Source: Phoronis australis (taxonomy: Eukaryota > Animalia > Phoronida). Taken from it: DNA of 64,000 nucleotides. Within the stretch, counting starts at the first letter, position 1. Each line of letters opens with the position of its first letter. The notes under the pieces were generated by a model. The model was not told the origin of the DNA. It searched no databases and saw nothing but the letters and a program-made list of their open reading frames with translations. Where the stretch lies: assembly GCA_002633005.1 (NCBI GenBank), contig NMRA01000083.1:587161-651160 (forward strand), in the 5' to 3' direction. The translations under genes and the position numbers were made by a program. Shown one piece after another: positions 1-14,300 of the stretch.

Positions 1-154
1 ATTCTCGTATCTATTTTACTGTCCAGTACAACGAAAGCCAAATGATAATTTCGGCATTGAAACGTAGATGTGTTGGTATCGTGATTACTTTTAGAAATGC
101 TACTACCACCCGACCACACAACAGCCGACCAAGATTAGCAGCCGACGTACTTGC

Positions 155-238
155 CAGAAATAAAACCACATAATTGGGCCAGGTGTCGCTAGTGAATAAT
201 GACGTAACGTTATGCAGAAGAGCACCGACTAAGTTCAT
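155..238 (-). CDS. Possible first coding exon of a divergent gene running out of the left edge (MNLVGALLHNVTSLFTSDTWPNYVVLFL)
   Basis: ATG at 238; hydrophobic N-terminal peptide; candidate GC donor CTG|GCAAGT at 155/154; lies in a CpG-richer edge region. Product not recognised. Confidence 0.3.
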
Positions 239-477
239 CCATTAAAAGTTTACAGACAGAGTTGAAGGTCCACATACTATAGTCTATGGTCAGTGTTGTA
301 TTGGTAAAATTGCAGGGTTTGTGTTGCATTGGTGTACGTGCATTGTTAGAAACAGAATTTTTTGAAGTTCATCAAACTCTGGTTATTGGTAATGTCTCAT
401 TGGGTGTTTATTTCAAGCAGCTATAAACCATGTGGGTTGTCTCAATTTTTTCATATATTTGTTATCGTCGAGATTAC

Positions 478-580
478 CTGTCGTCGTCAGGCTCCATTGG
501 TCGTACGCCATTCTCTTTTGCGTGCAGCGCAGCCACACGGGACTTAGCGTTCCAGTCCAGAGTGCTTGTCTACTTGCTAG
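478..580 (-). other. Candidate first exon of the divergent gene
   Basis: The minus strand reads AGAATGGCG...GACGACAG|GTAATC, a good donor at 478/477. The region is CpG-rich. The 5' boundary is approximate. Confidence 0.35.
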
Positions 581-1204
581 GTACTAACCTCTCAAGAAAA
601 ATATGCATCGAAGAAATGAAACAAAAATCGGTGCATTTACCAACTGTTTTTTAAAACCACTTAAAAACTTGTATTAATGCACCTCTTTGTTCATTTTCAG
701 AAGTTATTTTCGAAATTAAATTTTGTTCATACTAAGACAAAAAACAACCCAAGGATTGTTTGTACAATGTATCTATTTGTGCCAGGCACTAACCCATATC
801 TATAAGGCCAAAAGAAAAATTCCACAGACAAATGCAACATGCTGGGTGCTTAACAGTTTCGCCCAAGCATCGGCCATCAAAATATTGTCCACTTGTTTTT
901 TATTGCAAAACACTGTGCAGAAATTTTTTGTTTAGGCATATTGAATTTATTTGAAGAAAATTAAAATACTTGAATTGATAGAGAATGGTCAACAATAAAA
1001 TAAAACATTGAATTTATTTCACTATATTGCATTGTTACATACAACACAGCATGACATTATTTAAAATAAAAGAAGAGATTGAGCAACAAAACGAAAAAAG
1101 GAACTTGGGTATTTGTTTATTTATTTATGATTACAGAAGCTTGTGAAAGGTGAGAAAAAATCTAACATTATATATGACATTGGGTAATTTATTAGAACAA
1201 CTGT

Positions 1205-1710
1205 ATCCAGATCTCATGATCAACTTCTGCCGACCAAGTCTCGAATGGTTACAGTTCTGTTTTGGCTGGCAAGGTATTCACAGAGAGTGAAGAAATACTG
1301 AAAAGAAAAAGAAAGACAGCAGACAAAAATGGTGTTAAGAACAACAAGAGCAAAAAGTCAACTAAAGAAGTCACAAACCAAAAATAAGTAAGATCCATCT
1401 GGAATAAAAAAATCGCGGGCAGCAGTACACCTTCAGCAAATTTGAATGGCTAGTAACTGCTTATTCAGATGCAGAACTGAGGTCTGCCGTGAATGTCAGA
1501 AGTGGTCACCGCTACAGCTTTGGCACTGCTTGTCATTGGTTAACATGAGCTTTGGGAAGATGCAGTTTTCCCAACAGCGACCTCTGGATGGAAGATTTTG
1601 TTGTGATGTTCATACTCTAAGGTGCCATGACATTTTTTTTCTGTCATTGTCACAAAGCGTTCAGAAGAGTATCAATGACAGATTTTTGAAAAGTTACAAG
1701 AAAAGTATGG
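1205..1710 (+). mobile_element. Degenerate pogo/DDE_1-type transposase C-terminal relic
   Basis: Broken frames read GKVFTESEEILKRKRK...K-rich, then Cys/His motifs (CRECQKW, CHW, FCCDVH). This resembles the basic region plus PHD-like tail of pogo-family transposases; stops and frameshifts are present. Confidence 0.35.
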
Positions 1711-1874
1711 TAATTATTTAGAACAAAAATATTAGATTGTTTTAAACATGATTGCATTTTATTTCTAATTTTCACGTTCTGGTTATTTCATTGCTTAAAT
1801 TTCAAAATCATGTATTTTCCAGAATTGAAATTCTGATCCAATTTTTACTGATCTAAAAAATCGATATTATACCA

Positions 1875-1954
1875 CATGGGCGGCGCAGCAATTGCGGGCT
1901 GAAAAAAGAGGGGGGCTATAGCCCCCCTCTTTTTTCAGTGCTGCGGCGCCCATG
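1875..1954. mobile_element. 80-bp foldback mini-MITE with 5-bp TSD (hAT5-like)
   Basis: Termini CATGGGCGGCGCAGCA / TGCTGCGGCGCCCATG (1 mismatch); perfect 40-bp internal palindrome 1899-1938; TACCA direct repeat at 1870-1874 and 1955-1959. Confidence 0.75.
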
Positions 1955-2219
1955 TACCAGTGAAACAGTCAACTTTCCAATATTTTCTTGGCCTTTTTCT
2001 GCATGTTTTTCTTTACTTACAAAAGCCAACAGCATATGACAACCATAGGAGTCATTATAAAGTGGCTGCCAAAAAGCAATGTGCAGTTGAAACAACTCGA
2101 CATATATTAAAGAAAACTTTCGAATACTATATATTTGTGAGACTTAAATCAAATCCTGTTCAGAGCATAACTTTGAAGAGGAATAATTCTGTGAGTACGA
2201 CAACAAGCCAGTTTTATGC

Positions 2220-2625
2220 TTAGGCGGACGACCATTGGTTTCCTGAGTGTATATTTATTATGATTGGTAAATGAGAACAAACAAACAAGTACATCCATTG
2301 GAATTCACGCATGCACACCTCAAGGAAGACCATCGTATCTTTTATATAAACAACTGTTACATGAAGTTAATGTGAACGATAAAATTTTCCCATTTCCCAG
2401 AGAAGCTAGCATACACAAAATTTTTATATGCAATTAATTTTTCAGCATCATCAGTATATGTAAAAAAATATTGGTCTCGATTTGTTCTTTACTCATATGA
2501 GAAGTGATTTCTGGGATTACAAAGGCTTACTGTTAGTTATTGCTTGAGACCGTGTTCAGCACAATTGACACGATGCCTCTGCTGCTGCTACCGTCGTCGT
2601 TGTGGCAAGCCTAGCTATCGAGTAT
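2220..2625 (+). promoter_or_regulatory. Candidate promoter / non-coding first exon of the + strand scaffold gene
   Basis: Three ATTGG (CCAAT-box) motifs near 2235-2300, then a locally CpG-rich stretch ending in a possible donor CGA|GTATGG (2621/2622). Inference only. Confidence 0.25.
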
Positions 2626-4735
2626 GGTCTAATTCAACAAACTATCAATTCCTTCAAAGTCCTGAAATCACCTCCATTTTGACTAAAACACAGTTTGAAA
2701 TCAGTGTTATAATGCTAAGTAGTCTAAACCACAAGTTGCTTTTTGTGATCGAAGACCAGGTTTATAGACACTTAATGTGCGACCTTCATGACCTTGGTGC
2801 ATCTACCCCCTGGGTGCTTCGTTTGTCAAAAAGTATCCAGCTATATCCTTCACTGGATTGCTGTACAGATGTGTTCACTTGTATGGAAAAATGTACTGCA
2901 CCAGTAGACTGAACCTTTTTTGTTGTTGTGGTGGAGTCGGACCAGTGTAATTTCAGTTAGTTTTCCTGAGCAATGCCAGGTAAGGGCACTTCTGGTGCCC
3001 CATTTGGTAGACCTCGTTAGCAGCATATAATAACTAAGACCACCCATTGGTTGCACAGCCTCATCACTCATAATTTTTCACTAAGTTGGGTTTGGCTCAG
3101 ATTAACTATTCAGAATTCTTTGTTATCACATTAGTATCAACATAATACCTTGTGTTTTGATAAACAGCACAGTCTGATACCATATTAAATGGCCATAATC
3201 AAACAAGTCAGGACAAATTCACAGTAAAATAATGCATTCATGCTTATTTCAAAACTGAACTTTTTGTGTGTTTTGTAGTTAACTAATAAACTCATGGCTG
3301 TATTATAGCTGTTCTTAATGACATGTTTTGTGTCTGTGAGACCTGTTTATTTTTGTGTTTTCTTTGGCTTGAAATATCTTGTTGGTCTGTAGAATAAACA
3401 TTCTAAGGTTGTGATCTGTCTGGTGCATAGTTTTGACATTATGTTAAATAATTTGCTAATACTTTATGATTTTTAGTGAATTTCAGAGGTTGTTAAGTAC
3501 AAACCATTTGACTTTTAACTTCAAAGTAAACATCACTTCTTGCACTTACACTCCATCTATAAATTGTTCCAAAAGAGTGACGTGCCAATTTTTAGAAGGC
3601 TTACAAACTAGTTGAGCATGTCAGTGACAAAATGACTAGTCTGGTTTTGAACAAATGGGAGGTATTTCCACTGTCCTCCCATGGTGATTTTGACTGAGGT
3701 CACAGAAATTAGAGGATCTGTTACCATGATGCAGGTATGGTCAATGCTATGAATATTACTTGTTGCCTGTAGTCTGGACATTATATTGTCCTTCCTTGCA
3801 GAGGATTTCTGTGCTTCAGATTGTGTGTGTTGATGTGTGAAGTTAGCTGACTCTTCAACTTATTCTACACTGGCCTACATTTAAAACTGGGTTTTTGTAT
3901 TGCCAATGTTTGCTGTCAATTTGATGTCAATTAACAGCTGTGAAATGTTTGTATTCATGTTGTAGATGCATTAATGTGAGGCTCAGGGTGTTTGATTAAT
4001 GTAATTGATCACTCAGAAAACATAGTGGAGTGGTGGCAAAGCTAGTGTGCATGAGCAGGGCCAGCATAGGCCTAAGTACCTATGTAACTACTCTGACTTA
4101 GGCAATCCGTTGATTTAGTTTTACCCATTGTTGACCTATCAAGGCTTATGCATACAGATGTACACTTAACCATTGTACGAGAAAAAATAAAATATGCCCT
4201 CAGTTTATGGTCAGTCATTGCATAAACGCCTAAGCGAGCCTAATTAAGACACTCATACCAATTAATAACAACACAGTACCCATCCCCAGGGGTTGGGACA
4301 AAGATAACAGTTTGTGGCATAGACCCCCCCCCCCCATCCTGTCCACTTAACTTTCCAACAGGAATGATGCTCACACCAGGATCAGGATTGTAAAACTGTT
4401 AATCAGTTCACTCCTTGTATTAGGCCTACTGAATGATAGGTCAGGGGCATGGGTCTGTCAGCCTGGAGCTGTTTTCATCCCCTGAGTATGTACAGTACCT
4501 AGTGAACCAGAAGAATAGGTATACTGTGATATAATAGGATTAAGGATGTAATCCTGTGGATGATTAGGTATGTGTTAGAGGTACACAAAAGCTATAGGCT
4601 GGGTAACAACAGTGTCATGCAGTTGTATACACTGATCATCTTGCTGTCCAGATATGATGCAACACTAAACTGTTAGAAATAGGGTGCATTGGGCAGAATG
4701 AGTGGGTGTGCCTTTGAGTCTGTCCAATGTTGTGA

Positions 4736-5210
4736 GGCTGTGTAGGACCTTATGGACTTATTGGTGTACTTAGCTTTTGAATTGGTAAAGGTATATATTT
4801 TCTGAAAGGAGAAAGTCTGTAGAATTTGATTTTTGACTTTATACCGATGTGCTACGATTTGGATCTTGTGACGGTCTCTTTTTAGTTAAATTTTGGCAAG
4901 AAAGGTACGTCCATAGCAGAACAATGGTATCAATAACATGACTAAATTTTCTTTGCCATAAATACTGAAGATGAAATCTTAAAATGCTGTTACAGTTTTC
5001 TAAATTATCTTTTTGTTTTATGCAATTTTTGATTTTTTTGATATCCCCTTATGCAAAAGTGGAAACTTTTAAAAACAATTCCTGACAGTCTTTTGTTGAA
5101 CAGTGTATAAAGCACGGTATTTGTGAGTTTCATATGAATCCAGTCGGCCATTTTTGAGATATGATGTTCAGAAGTTTGCCTAGGTTGGCCATTTTTCGAG
5201 GGCCCTAACT
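4736..5210 (-). mobile_element. Degenerate copy of the TTAA/Kolobok-like non-autonomous family
   Basis: Shares the terminus (GGCTGTGTAGGACC) and internal motifs (GAGATATGATGTTCAGAAGTTT, TTTCATATGAATCCA) with 29567-29910 and 55684-56199. Confidence 0.55.
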
Positions 5211-6177
5211 CTGATTGGGTATGTTGACTATTGGTTTAGGCAGTCAAGGTTGTACATGGGTATTCCATTGTTACCTGTTACCCACAATCCATTATGATCA
5301 ATGTCCAAAGCTTGCTTTCTTTTAATTGCTGTCAATTACTCTCACTCAGACATTCATTGATATATTAGTGGTTTTCAAGTCAATATGCCTGATTAAAAGG
5401 TGTGACACATGAATCAAATTCCAATGAATTATACCTGAATACAAAATGTAGGTAATATAAACCAGGTGGCATGTTATTCTTTCTTTATGTTTATAGCTAG
5501 CATCATGCAGGCATATTGTTATAGCTACTGAAGTGCCATTCTATGTTACAAATCTAGTGCAGTTTCACCAGAAGCCTATTTTCAAAGCTGTGACAAAACT
5601 GCAGAGCTATATATTTTGTTGTATTCCTCTGGGTTGCCATTAATCTGTGTAGGATAATGACATGGCATAACCAGTCATCTTTGCTCCTGGTAGGTCTTGA
5701 ATTTTGGATTGCTTCAGGTATGGTACTGTGGTAGGAGTTATGTTTAAATTTTCTCTGGTTTCGGGGTTCTGGTACTGCAAAGACTTCATGTGCCTGTTGC
5801 AGGATTATTACCTAATTAGTGGTGTGCCTCTATTTGGAACAACCGCTTACTGTCCGCCTTATCTGTATACAGTTTTTTCATAAAACATACTAATCTGACA
5901 AGCTTCCTCAGAGTCTCCTGATACTTATTTTGTATCATTTTGATTGTTATGTCATAATAAATGACTTTTTCCTCACACCAACTCTTCTTTTTATCTCTGG
6001 AAATTGAGCTATGTGGACTCGCCCTTTTGTTTTATTTGTATCATTGCTCATTTCTTCTTGTGTTGTTTCATTTTGCCACACCTCTATATTTGCTAGCCCT
6101 ATCACTGACAGTTCACCTCATAGCTGATGGGGATGACATCACTATGCACCAGTCTAGGTGTTTGTTTCATGTCTAAA

Positions 6178-6490
6178 GTGCCATCTGTACACATGCTTAC
6201 CCTAGAACAAGTTACTCCTGGAAGGAGTTGTCGCTAGGTTTGGAGGCTGTGTGGAAACAAGTGCAACTTACCCTACTTATGACAACTTATTATCAGCTGC
6301 GGTTACATACAGCGAGGTTTAATTTTGTGCGCTGTATTCTCATTTGGGTGCTCATTGCCATGCATACATCGACATTACTTCCGCCTTACCCTAGTTATCG
6401 GATATGTGTGTGTGGACATTCCACTTGAAAGAGGGGAAAGTTGCACTAGTGCAAGTTGTTCTAGGGTAGGCATGTGAGTGTACGGGACTT
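6178..6490. mobile_element. MITE with ~21-bp inverted repeats; related fragments near 46240-46420 and 48590-48780
   Basis: CACATGCTTACCCTAGAACAA (6190-6210) vs TTGTTCTAGGGTAGGCATGTG (6456-6476), 1 mismatch. GCAAGTTG..CTAGGG and TTATC.GCTG.GGTTAC motifs recur at the other sites. Confidence 0.6.
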
Positions 6491-7892
6491 TAAGTATTCC
6501 TTCGTCTTGGCTTTATATTTATTTAACTCACCCTACCACCACCCATGTCTCATGTATTTTCATGTATCTTTTGTGTGATGTTGATTTTTGCTTTTTGCTT
6601 TGCCTATATGCCTCTTTACTCACTAGATGGCAGGGTGGTTTTTCTAAGTTTGTCTTTCCAAAGACAGTATTTTGTATTACTGGTATGGGTATTTCCATTC
6701 AGGGCTCGACTCTTGGCATTATAAACGTCAGCTCGCTAAATGCGATATTATCCGCAGGTTGCCAAACACGATGTGAACCAGGTTGCCAAAACATGGAAAG
6801 CTTTTGTTGGGTGCTTACGAAAGTCCTGACCCATACAATTAATTCACAGTTGGCTTTAGGTTCAAAGAAACAAAATAAGCGATACACTTGAAGTAAAAAT
6901 CTGATGAACCTACTAACTGTTTGCTTCACTTCTTTTCTAATCGAACAAAAAATTAGGAATGTCTTGGATACAATCCCTGATGCAGGCTCACCTCTTGATC
7001 CAAAAGCAGACGATCTGCACACGTTACCTGTGTGTGATTTGTAAACAGGCTCTTCTTATTTTTGCTGAATTATTCTAACTTCCATCTAGTAATTTCTTGT
7101 AGTATTCTGAGTGCTTAGGTGGCGACATCGTGGCAACCTGGAATTTTTTACCAATCTGCATTTATCATAAAAGCCTCAAATGTGACAAACTCAGGGTTGG
7201 GATGAAATATCCTCTCAGCATTTCACTTAGATCCATTGTTTCTCAAGTTCATAAAAATGTATGCTCCCTTTGTACAAATAATAACCAGTACCTAAGTGGC
7301 AAGTAAACATACCGGTACTTACATCATGTGTTGTTGAACTTAGCCACTTTAATGCAGTGAGTGAAAGAATAGACAGAGAGGAAAAGGTGTAGATCAGGAA
7401 CTGGTTCTTCTTTCCTAATGAATTTGTTTAGTTGGATGTTGCCTTTACTTGCTTACTGGTGTGATGCTCTAGTGTTTGTATCATCCTTAGCGTTTAATTA
7501 AATTAAATTAAATTTCAAGCTCAAAACTGGAATATGTAAATCATGTTAGTGGCATTGAGTCTTCCCGCTGAAGCTTTAAGTGAATTCCATTCTGTCTATT
7601 CTTTTACTGAAGAACGATAACTTGCCTGTTAAAAAACAAAGAAGGGTTCTACCTCTACCAAAGCATGAATCAATGCAATGGTTTTCAAAGATAGCTTTGC
7701 ATGGGACTATAAGTATGTAATTTGAATAATGAGACAGTCTTGTCAAGGTGATCGAGACTGGTCTCATATTGTTTACAATGTGTTTTTAATATGCTATTTT
7801 GTTATTTTCAGGGTATCTTAGCATCTTCAGGTTGCCTAGCTGAATCGGGAAATGCGATAGTGAAGAGTTTCTGAAATGGTGACCTACGGGGA

Positions 7893-8394
7893 ATGTCATG
7901 TAGTTTTTCTCTCAGTGGAGAAATGCAACAGAGCAAGGAAGGCATGATACCAAGCGGAAATAATCGACAGTTAAGTAAAGATGGGTGTAGTCAGTCTAGT
8001 GCAAGCGCAGGTCCTAGTTGGCCTCGATCTCGACATTTCTTGCCGTCACCGAAACGCAAACGAGCACCATTACCTCCTAGCTTCCATGATCCTGATGATA
8101 TTAAGCTGACTTTGAGTGATGAGGATGACACCGACCATGTGTCAGGTAGTTGTCCAAACCTGCATTCTAGTTCATTGGGTGGGAGTGATCAGTCGCGGTC
8201 TGGACATAGTAACTCTGCAGCTGTGTTAAGGGCGCTAGATGAACTCAGTCCTCGACAGCGTACCTATGCTTTCTCAGTTGCTCACAGTGAAACAGATTGG
8301 ATTTTGAACAAACCCGTGAAGTTATGGACAAGGCAGGAAGTCCAAGTGTGGGCCTCTTCTGTTGGTGTAGAGGATATACTCAAACACCTACCAG
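7893..8394 (+). CDS. Scaffold gene exon c1 (disordered N-terminus + start of SAM1)
   Basis: Acceptor TTTTCAG at 7811, ATG 7893, encodes KPVKLWTRQEVQVWASSVGV (SAM helix 1), donor CAG|GTAATT, phase 1. Confidence 0.85.
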
Positions 8395-11300
8395 GTAATT
8401 ATTTCATTTTTGGACAAGTGTGAAATTACATGTGTTGGGTTTAGATTCTTAGATAAATGTTTTTTTCTTTTTTTAAACAAATGTTTCTGTGCGTCATGAA
8501 TTAGTGCCCCAAGAATGACTGATAACTCAACTGTTGGCTGCATATTGATTTGTTTATTGTGTTCTTTAAAAAGTTTGCTGAAAATTACTGGAGTCAATTA
8601 AAAATCTTATTGTGTTGAAAAACCACTGAACTACATTAAGTCCCTTACAAGAGACTAGCAGGCCCATGGGGAGAAAAATAATATTGGGAGGACACAGATA
8701 TATTGAAACCAGTATCAAAGCCTGGCCTCACCTCTTACAGATGCACCCGTCCTCACCGCTGGTCACCATTACTTAAAACATTCAAGGTTCATTTTGTTAT
8801 GCTCCCCACACTCTAGTTGACACATCATTGGCACATTCTGATGTGTGCTTAACCAACTCACCTCTGCCAGTTTTCTAATGCAACCTACCACAATAAATAA
8901 AAGGCTGGAGGCCAACCCATTGCACTGAAGGTGGATGCATATTTGGGGTATATTGCCTGCTCATGTTCCTCTGATAATGTCACTGCTAAAACATATTGCT
9001 TTCTCTGAAAGATAGGTGTAACTTGGCCTGTAACTTGAGGGTTAATAATGAACTGTTCTATCGACATTTTTCGCTAAACTTGGACATTGTGGTGTTGTCA
9101 TTTGTGTCACAGACTGATATGTTGGAATTTTTAAATTTCCATGGTTAAGGTATGATTATTTTCAATTAAAATTCCTTTCTCCCCTTGCATGTTCAGAAAA
9201 TAGAATTCAAGCAGGCAAAGTAATGGATTTTAATGTTGTAGTTATATGCACACTGTCTCATCATCAGAACACCTGGTGAAATAAAGTTTTATTGATTGGT
9301 GATTAGATTTGTAAAGTGAATCATTTTTGAGGGGCCTGCTGTTCTAAATTATTTTGTATGACATAAATAAGAGGTTAATGCCTTTAATACTTCGTTTAAC
9401 TGATGACGCGAAATGATCTGGCTGCTGGATTTTCATCCTCAATTTTGTTGTATTTGTTTTTACAATATTGTTTTTTAATTTGCTTTAACATATCAAGCAA
9501 TTATCTTAAAAATTTCCGTCTTTTGTCCGTGCTGTGTTTCAAAATATTCAGACTAGTAACCAGATTGCTTAAACAGAACTGTTAAGTTACATTTATGAGA
9601 TTAGTTACATTGTATGCTGAGATATGAAAGAGAAAAAAATCTTGATCTACGACTTTGTCAACGGGGTGTTTTCTTTCACTCTGGTGGCAACATTTCGGTT
9701 TCCTGGAGGAATTTTTTGTTCAATCCCCAGGTGCTCAATAACACCGGTTATTTATGAGCTTGCGGAATGATATCCTTACCACTCAGCATTGTTGATGTTT
9801 ATATTCAATTTATTCAACAATTCAACTTGCTACCCAATCACGTCTCGTTATTTTGTTGTGCAGATATTATGAAGGGTCCTATGCTTATTTCCAAAATCCA
9901 GCAATATTTTGTGAGGAATGATGGTCAATGAGAAATTGTGACGATGACGTATGCCATAAACGGATCAAATAAATGTTAGTTAGCATAATAGTAAGAGACT
10001 ACCTGTTGGACACTACAGTCTTTGTGTAGTTGTACCCCCATTGTCCACCACCACTGTAAGTCACTTGATTGTCTGCCACCAGAGGACAGTGTTGCTGCAC
10101 TGAAGTGCTTCACTTTGCAAGTTCTCATTCCCTCATTACTTGGCAAAATGAGATTTCTCTAAATAATTAGCTTTGTGCTGAAGTCTTTGTAAGGAAAGCT
10201 GGGGTGAGTCCGGCCTCATTTTCGAAAAATAAAAATTTCTCACAAAATCTCACTACTTCATTTTTTAAAATTACTTGAAAAAATAAGAAATGACCAGGAG
10301 TCTTTTTGGGATATGCCATTGATGATTTCACTATAATTATGACAGTGCAGTATGCATTCGAAGTGATCGGGTCAAAAAAGCGGAACTTGCCCCAAGACAA
10401 GTTTTGCCAACCCCTGGGATAACTTTGGCCCGTAGATATATGTACTTGAACTTAAATATAGTTTCATGCTTTGTTCTTTCAGTGACTTGTATTTTCAGCA
10501 CTATGGTGTATCTGAACAAAAAGAAAAGTGACTGTTGTGTTTGTATGTACACATGATGATGCATGTTCATGTACTTGCATGTACTCCTGTGAACTTTGGA
10601 CAACACATTGATACCTGAGAATGGTGGTCTTGGAAGTACCAAAAATAATAAAAAGTTTCTTACGGAAAAATGCAGAACTAGCCCCTGCTAGCGTTGCAAG
10701 AAATATTGTGCTAGCGTTGCAAGAAATATTGTGTGGCATCTTGTAGGGTTCAAGAATATACCGGTAAATGAATACTGTTTCCCATAGAAATAACCTAAGT
10801 GCACATAAAAGAAAATCTAGTGAAACCTTAAGCATTTCACAAGAAGTAAAAACTAAAATAGAAACGGGAAAGTTTGCTACGAGTGAAGAAATTGTACTTT
10901 TGTTTCTTAATCTGATGTGTTCTTAGTAGTTTTTAAAGTCAACAATGAAGAAATTTTTAAGTGAATGTGGGTGATATTTCATGTTGTCGCCACACTCAAG
11001 CGAAACTCACCTTTGGTCACCATGAAATTTCTGTTTGATTATGACCTAGGACCAATATATTACTCCCAGATTATGACATACTTATCTTAACATGCTGTTG
11101 TTGTGTGTCTATAGATGGAGCTGCTTTGGTTTAACAATGATCATGTTTACACTGTCTGGTATTTTTATTAGTGAAATTAATGGAGCGGAAAATGACAGCT
11201 TATTAAACATTGATAAGTTGGGATAGTTGGACTGCGTAATTCTATTTTGTCTGTGAACCTCATCTGTGAGCTTGCTTTTAGGAGGTTTGCAAGGTAGATA

Positions 11301-14300
11301 GGTAGGACATTTCATGTGTTATGAATCTCTCACACCAAACTCATTATTAGAACATCCGATTTCATCTTAGCAGCTTGATGAAAGGGGCTCGGATGGGTGA
11401 AAACGGACCAATTTGAACAAAAACTTGCCTAGAGTGTGATACCGTTGTCGGTATTTTAATCCTGATTGCTGAACTGCATGGTCGGTTCCCATTTGGTGTT
11501 TGTTCCGGTGTCAATTTCTTATGCACGTGATATCATTTGAGACGGAACAAATGCTTGTGTTGTGCGTTGATAATAGTTGAGGTATACGGTATATACTTTC
11601 TTGGTATAGCTGATCAACAAACAAGTAAATTATGATTAAAATAAAACATTAAGAATCCCAGCACAATGTTCTTCTTGAGGTTGTAAAATAAACCTTAGAA
11701 ATTGGTACAAATAGACAAACATTGAACAGAAGTCTGTTACATTGTAGCGAGTAAAGAATGATTTTAGGGTAACATGACACTTTTGTGTCAAGGTAAATAT
11801 GTAAAACAGATTTGTTTAAGTGTAAGAACTATGGTTTATGGTTTTACTCTGTGGTATTTGTGTGCCCAGCCTTGGTTTTCAATAGGTGGCATATCGTATA
11901 TCAGATATTGATACCTTCTCTAAATGTCAGTGATATTTCTTTACATCCAGGAGGGCAAACGTTCGTATGGTCATTAAAAAAGACTCGCTGTTTTTACCGT
12001 GATATAAGTGTCTTGTATTTTAGGGTCTTTGGAAAGTTTCAAGATCTATAAAAACTGGTGACGGTATCAGTATACTGTGTTGATTTTGTCATCATAAAAC
12101 TTCATATCATTTTGCAAAATTAAGGTTTTAGAGAGCTAAATTGAAATTAAAATCTCATAGATCAACCTGCTTTCATTAATAGTCAAAGACTTGCAGCCAT
12201 GTCTTCTAATGTGGGCCTTTGATGTAGTCATACTGGAATTATGCTTAAGTACATGAGAGACAGCAGCTAATTTATAACAGCATGAGAATGTTTGTTATAT
12301 TCACTAGATAACTGTCTCTGTTTACATACCACTTGAGATGCTGGTCTTATTTCAATGTTCTCCCCACTGGCTGGCTCACAGATGAAGGGTGGCCTCCTGC
12401 AGGTCAGGTGAGGTGCTGCATCCTGCTCAAAAGAGACCAAGTCTTCTACATGGCCGCATGATTATCATATCATCTGATGTTCTGCTTTTGTTGTTATGTG
12501 CTTTTATCATTTGTGTTTATTTTCATTTCCTTTCTTGGGTTGTTTTCTTTAAGAAGACTGACATCTGGAACTAGCTGCCACTCATCTCCACAGTTTCATT
12601 TGACTAATTGCCACCTATTCGTTACAACAGCTGTTATATAACCATACTTCTTTATAATAATGACATTAAATCATTTAAGGACACAATGATATGGAAAAGA
12701 AGAATTCCACCAAGTCAAGTTAATTTGTACTTTCTGAACAGCTGCAATTAAACATTGTACAATAAAGTTTGTTTTCTTTTCATTTTAGATCTGGATGGTG
12801 AAGATTTAGTGGACTTTAGTGAGCAAGGGATTGGTGGGTATATACTGACACTGGGCAATCAATGTTGTTTTGGATTTACAGTAACAATGGAAACAGTCTC
12901 TGTAAAGTGGCTGTGATTCAGTGGCTGTAAATGAGTCTTATCACCATTTCAGTTTTTTTAACAACTTCCTCTGCCCTAAATATATTCTTTCTTAAGTAAG
13001 TCCACTATAGATTTATTTATAATTTTTCTTGTATATTCTATTTACTGTGTTACTAATGATTTACATCAATTCCTCTGCCCAGGTCAGCTAGAATCCAACT
13101 TAATAAATCTTACTTTGCCATAAAGCCACATCATTTGATGAAAGCACAAACTAGTGCAAGCTCTAACACTACCAAAAAATGTTTGTCAGCAGTGTCCATG
13201 CTGATCATGTGCATGGTGTTAGTAAATTTCAGCTGTAAAGAAATGAGTGACGTCAACAGACTCTTACAATATGAGAAATATTGAGTCTCTTGTTATCTTA
13301 ACTTATGCTTGATGTCCTCCTCTTGTGTGTCTGTGCACCTGAACTAGTTTGTTTGAAGCTGAATTCACATGGACAAAACTGCCTTATTGGTCTTGTTTAC
13401 AACTAGTGATAACAACTGTGAGGCCATTTCTGTTAGTCAATAACTTTGTGTATACCCACTCAGCTGAATTTGACCACGTTTGGTCCAGTTAGATGGTAAG
13501 TCAACCTATTGGTATTTTTCTCCCAGTGAGCTGAGCCTCCCTTATTAACTGTTGCTCGGTTAACCTGAAATAGACTTAATGATGAGAAAAGAACATCGGG
13601 CTTGTTAAAAATCTTGAAAAAATTGGGACAGCCACCTTTTTCAACATTGAAAGCTTGGAAACCTTTTCTCTTGGAGACCACTGCTACGGAACCTTCACAA
13701 TAAGATTGCTGGTCAGTAACTGTCTCCAGTGTATTCCATGTTCTTACAAAATGGTGATGTGACAACATGGCTGCTAGTGTGGTATGCTCTAAGTGCCATT
13801 TTTACAAGCAAGTTTACGCAAGCTGAGTGTGTAACCTAGCTTGAATTAGGTAGGCCCCAAAAACTTGAACACTATTGAACAAGCTTGAATTTATTGTCCA
13901 TTAGCTTGAACAATATTGGCCAAGCTTGAATAATATTGTCCATGCTTGAATAATATTACCCAAGCTTGAATACTATTGTCCATCCCCATGCCAAATATCG
14001 TATGGATTTTGCCGCAAGCTATTGTTTAACTTGCGAGATCCATCCGACAGGCGTAAGCATTGAATATAACAATACAGGTCGTACGGATATCATACCTTCA
14101 CCTTTTTGAGACCCTAATTCACAACATATGACAAAAACCTCCTGTTTGATTTCAACTCCCCACGACTGCAGTTTCTAAATTGGGGGCTAAATTCAGGTAT
14201 CAATAAAGTCCAGTGCTTATAATTCCTGAGGTCTTTTGTCTGACATCACAGACTCACAGGCCAATTATCTACCACAGTGACTAGGACGTGTACCTGACAA

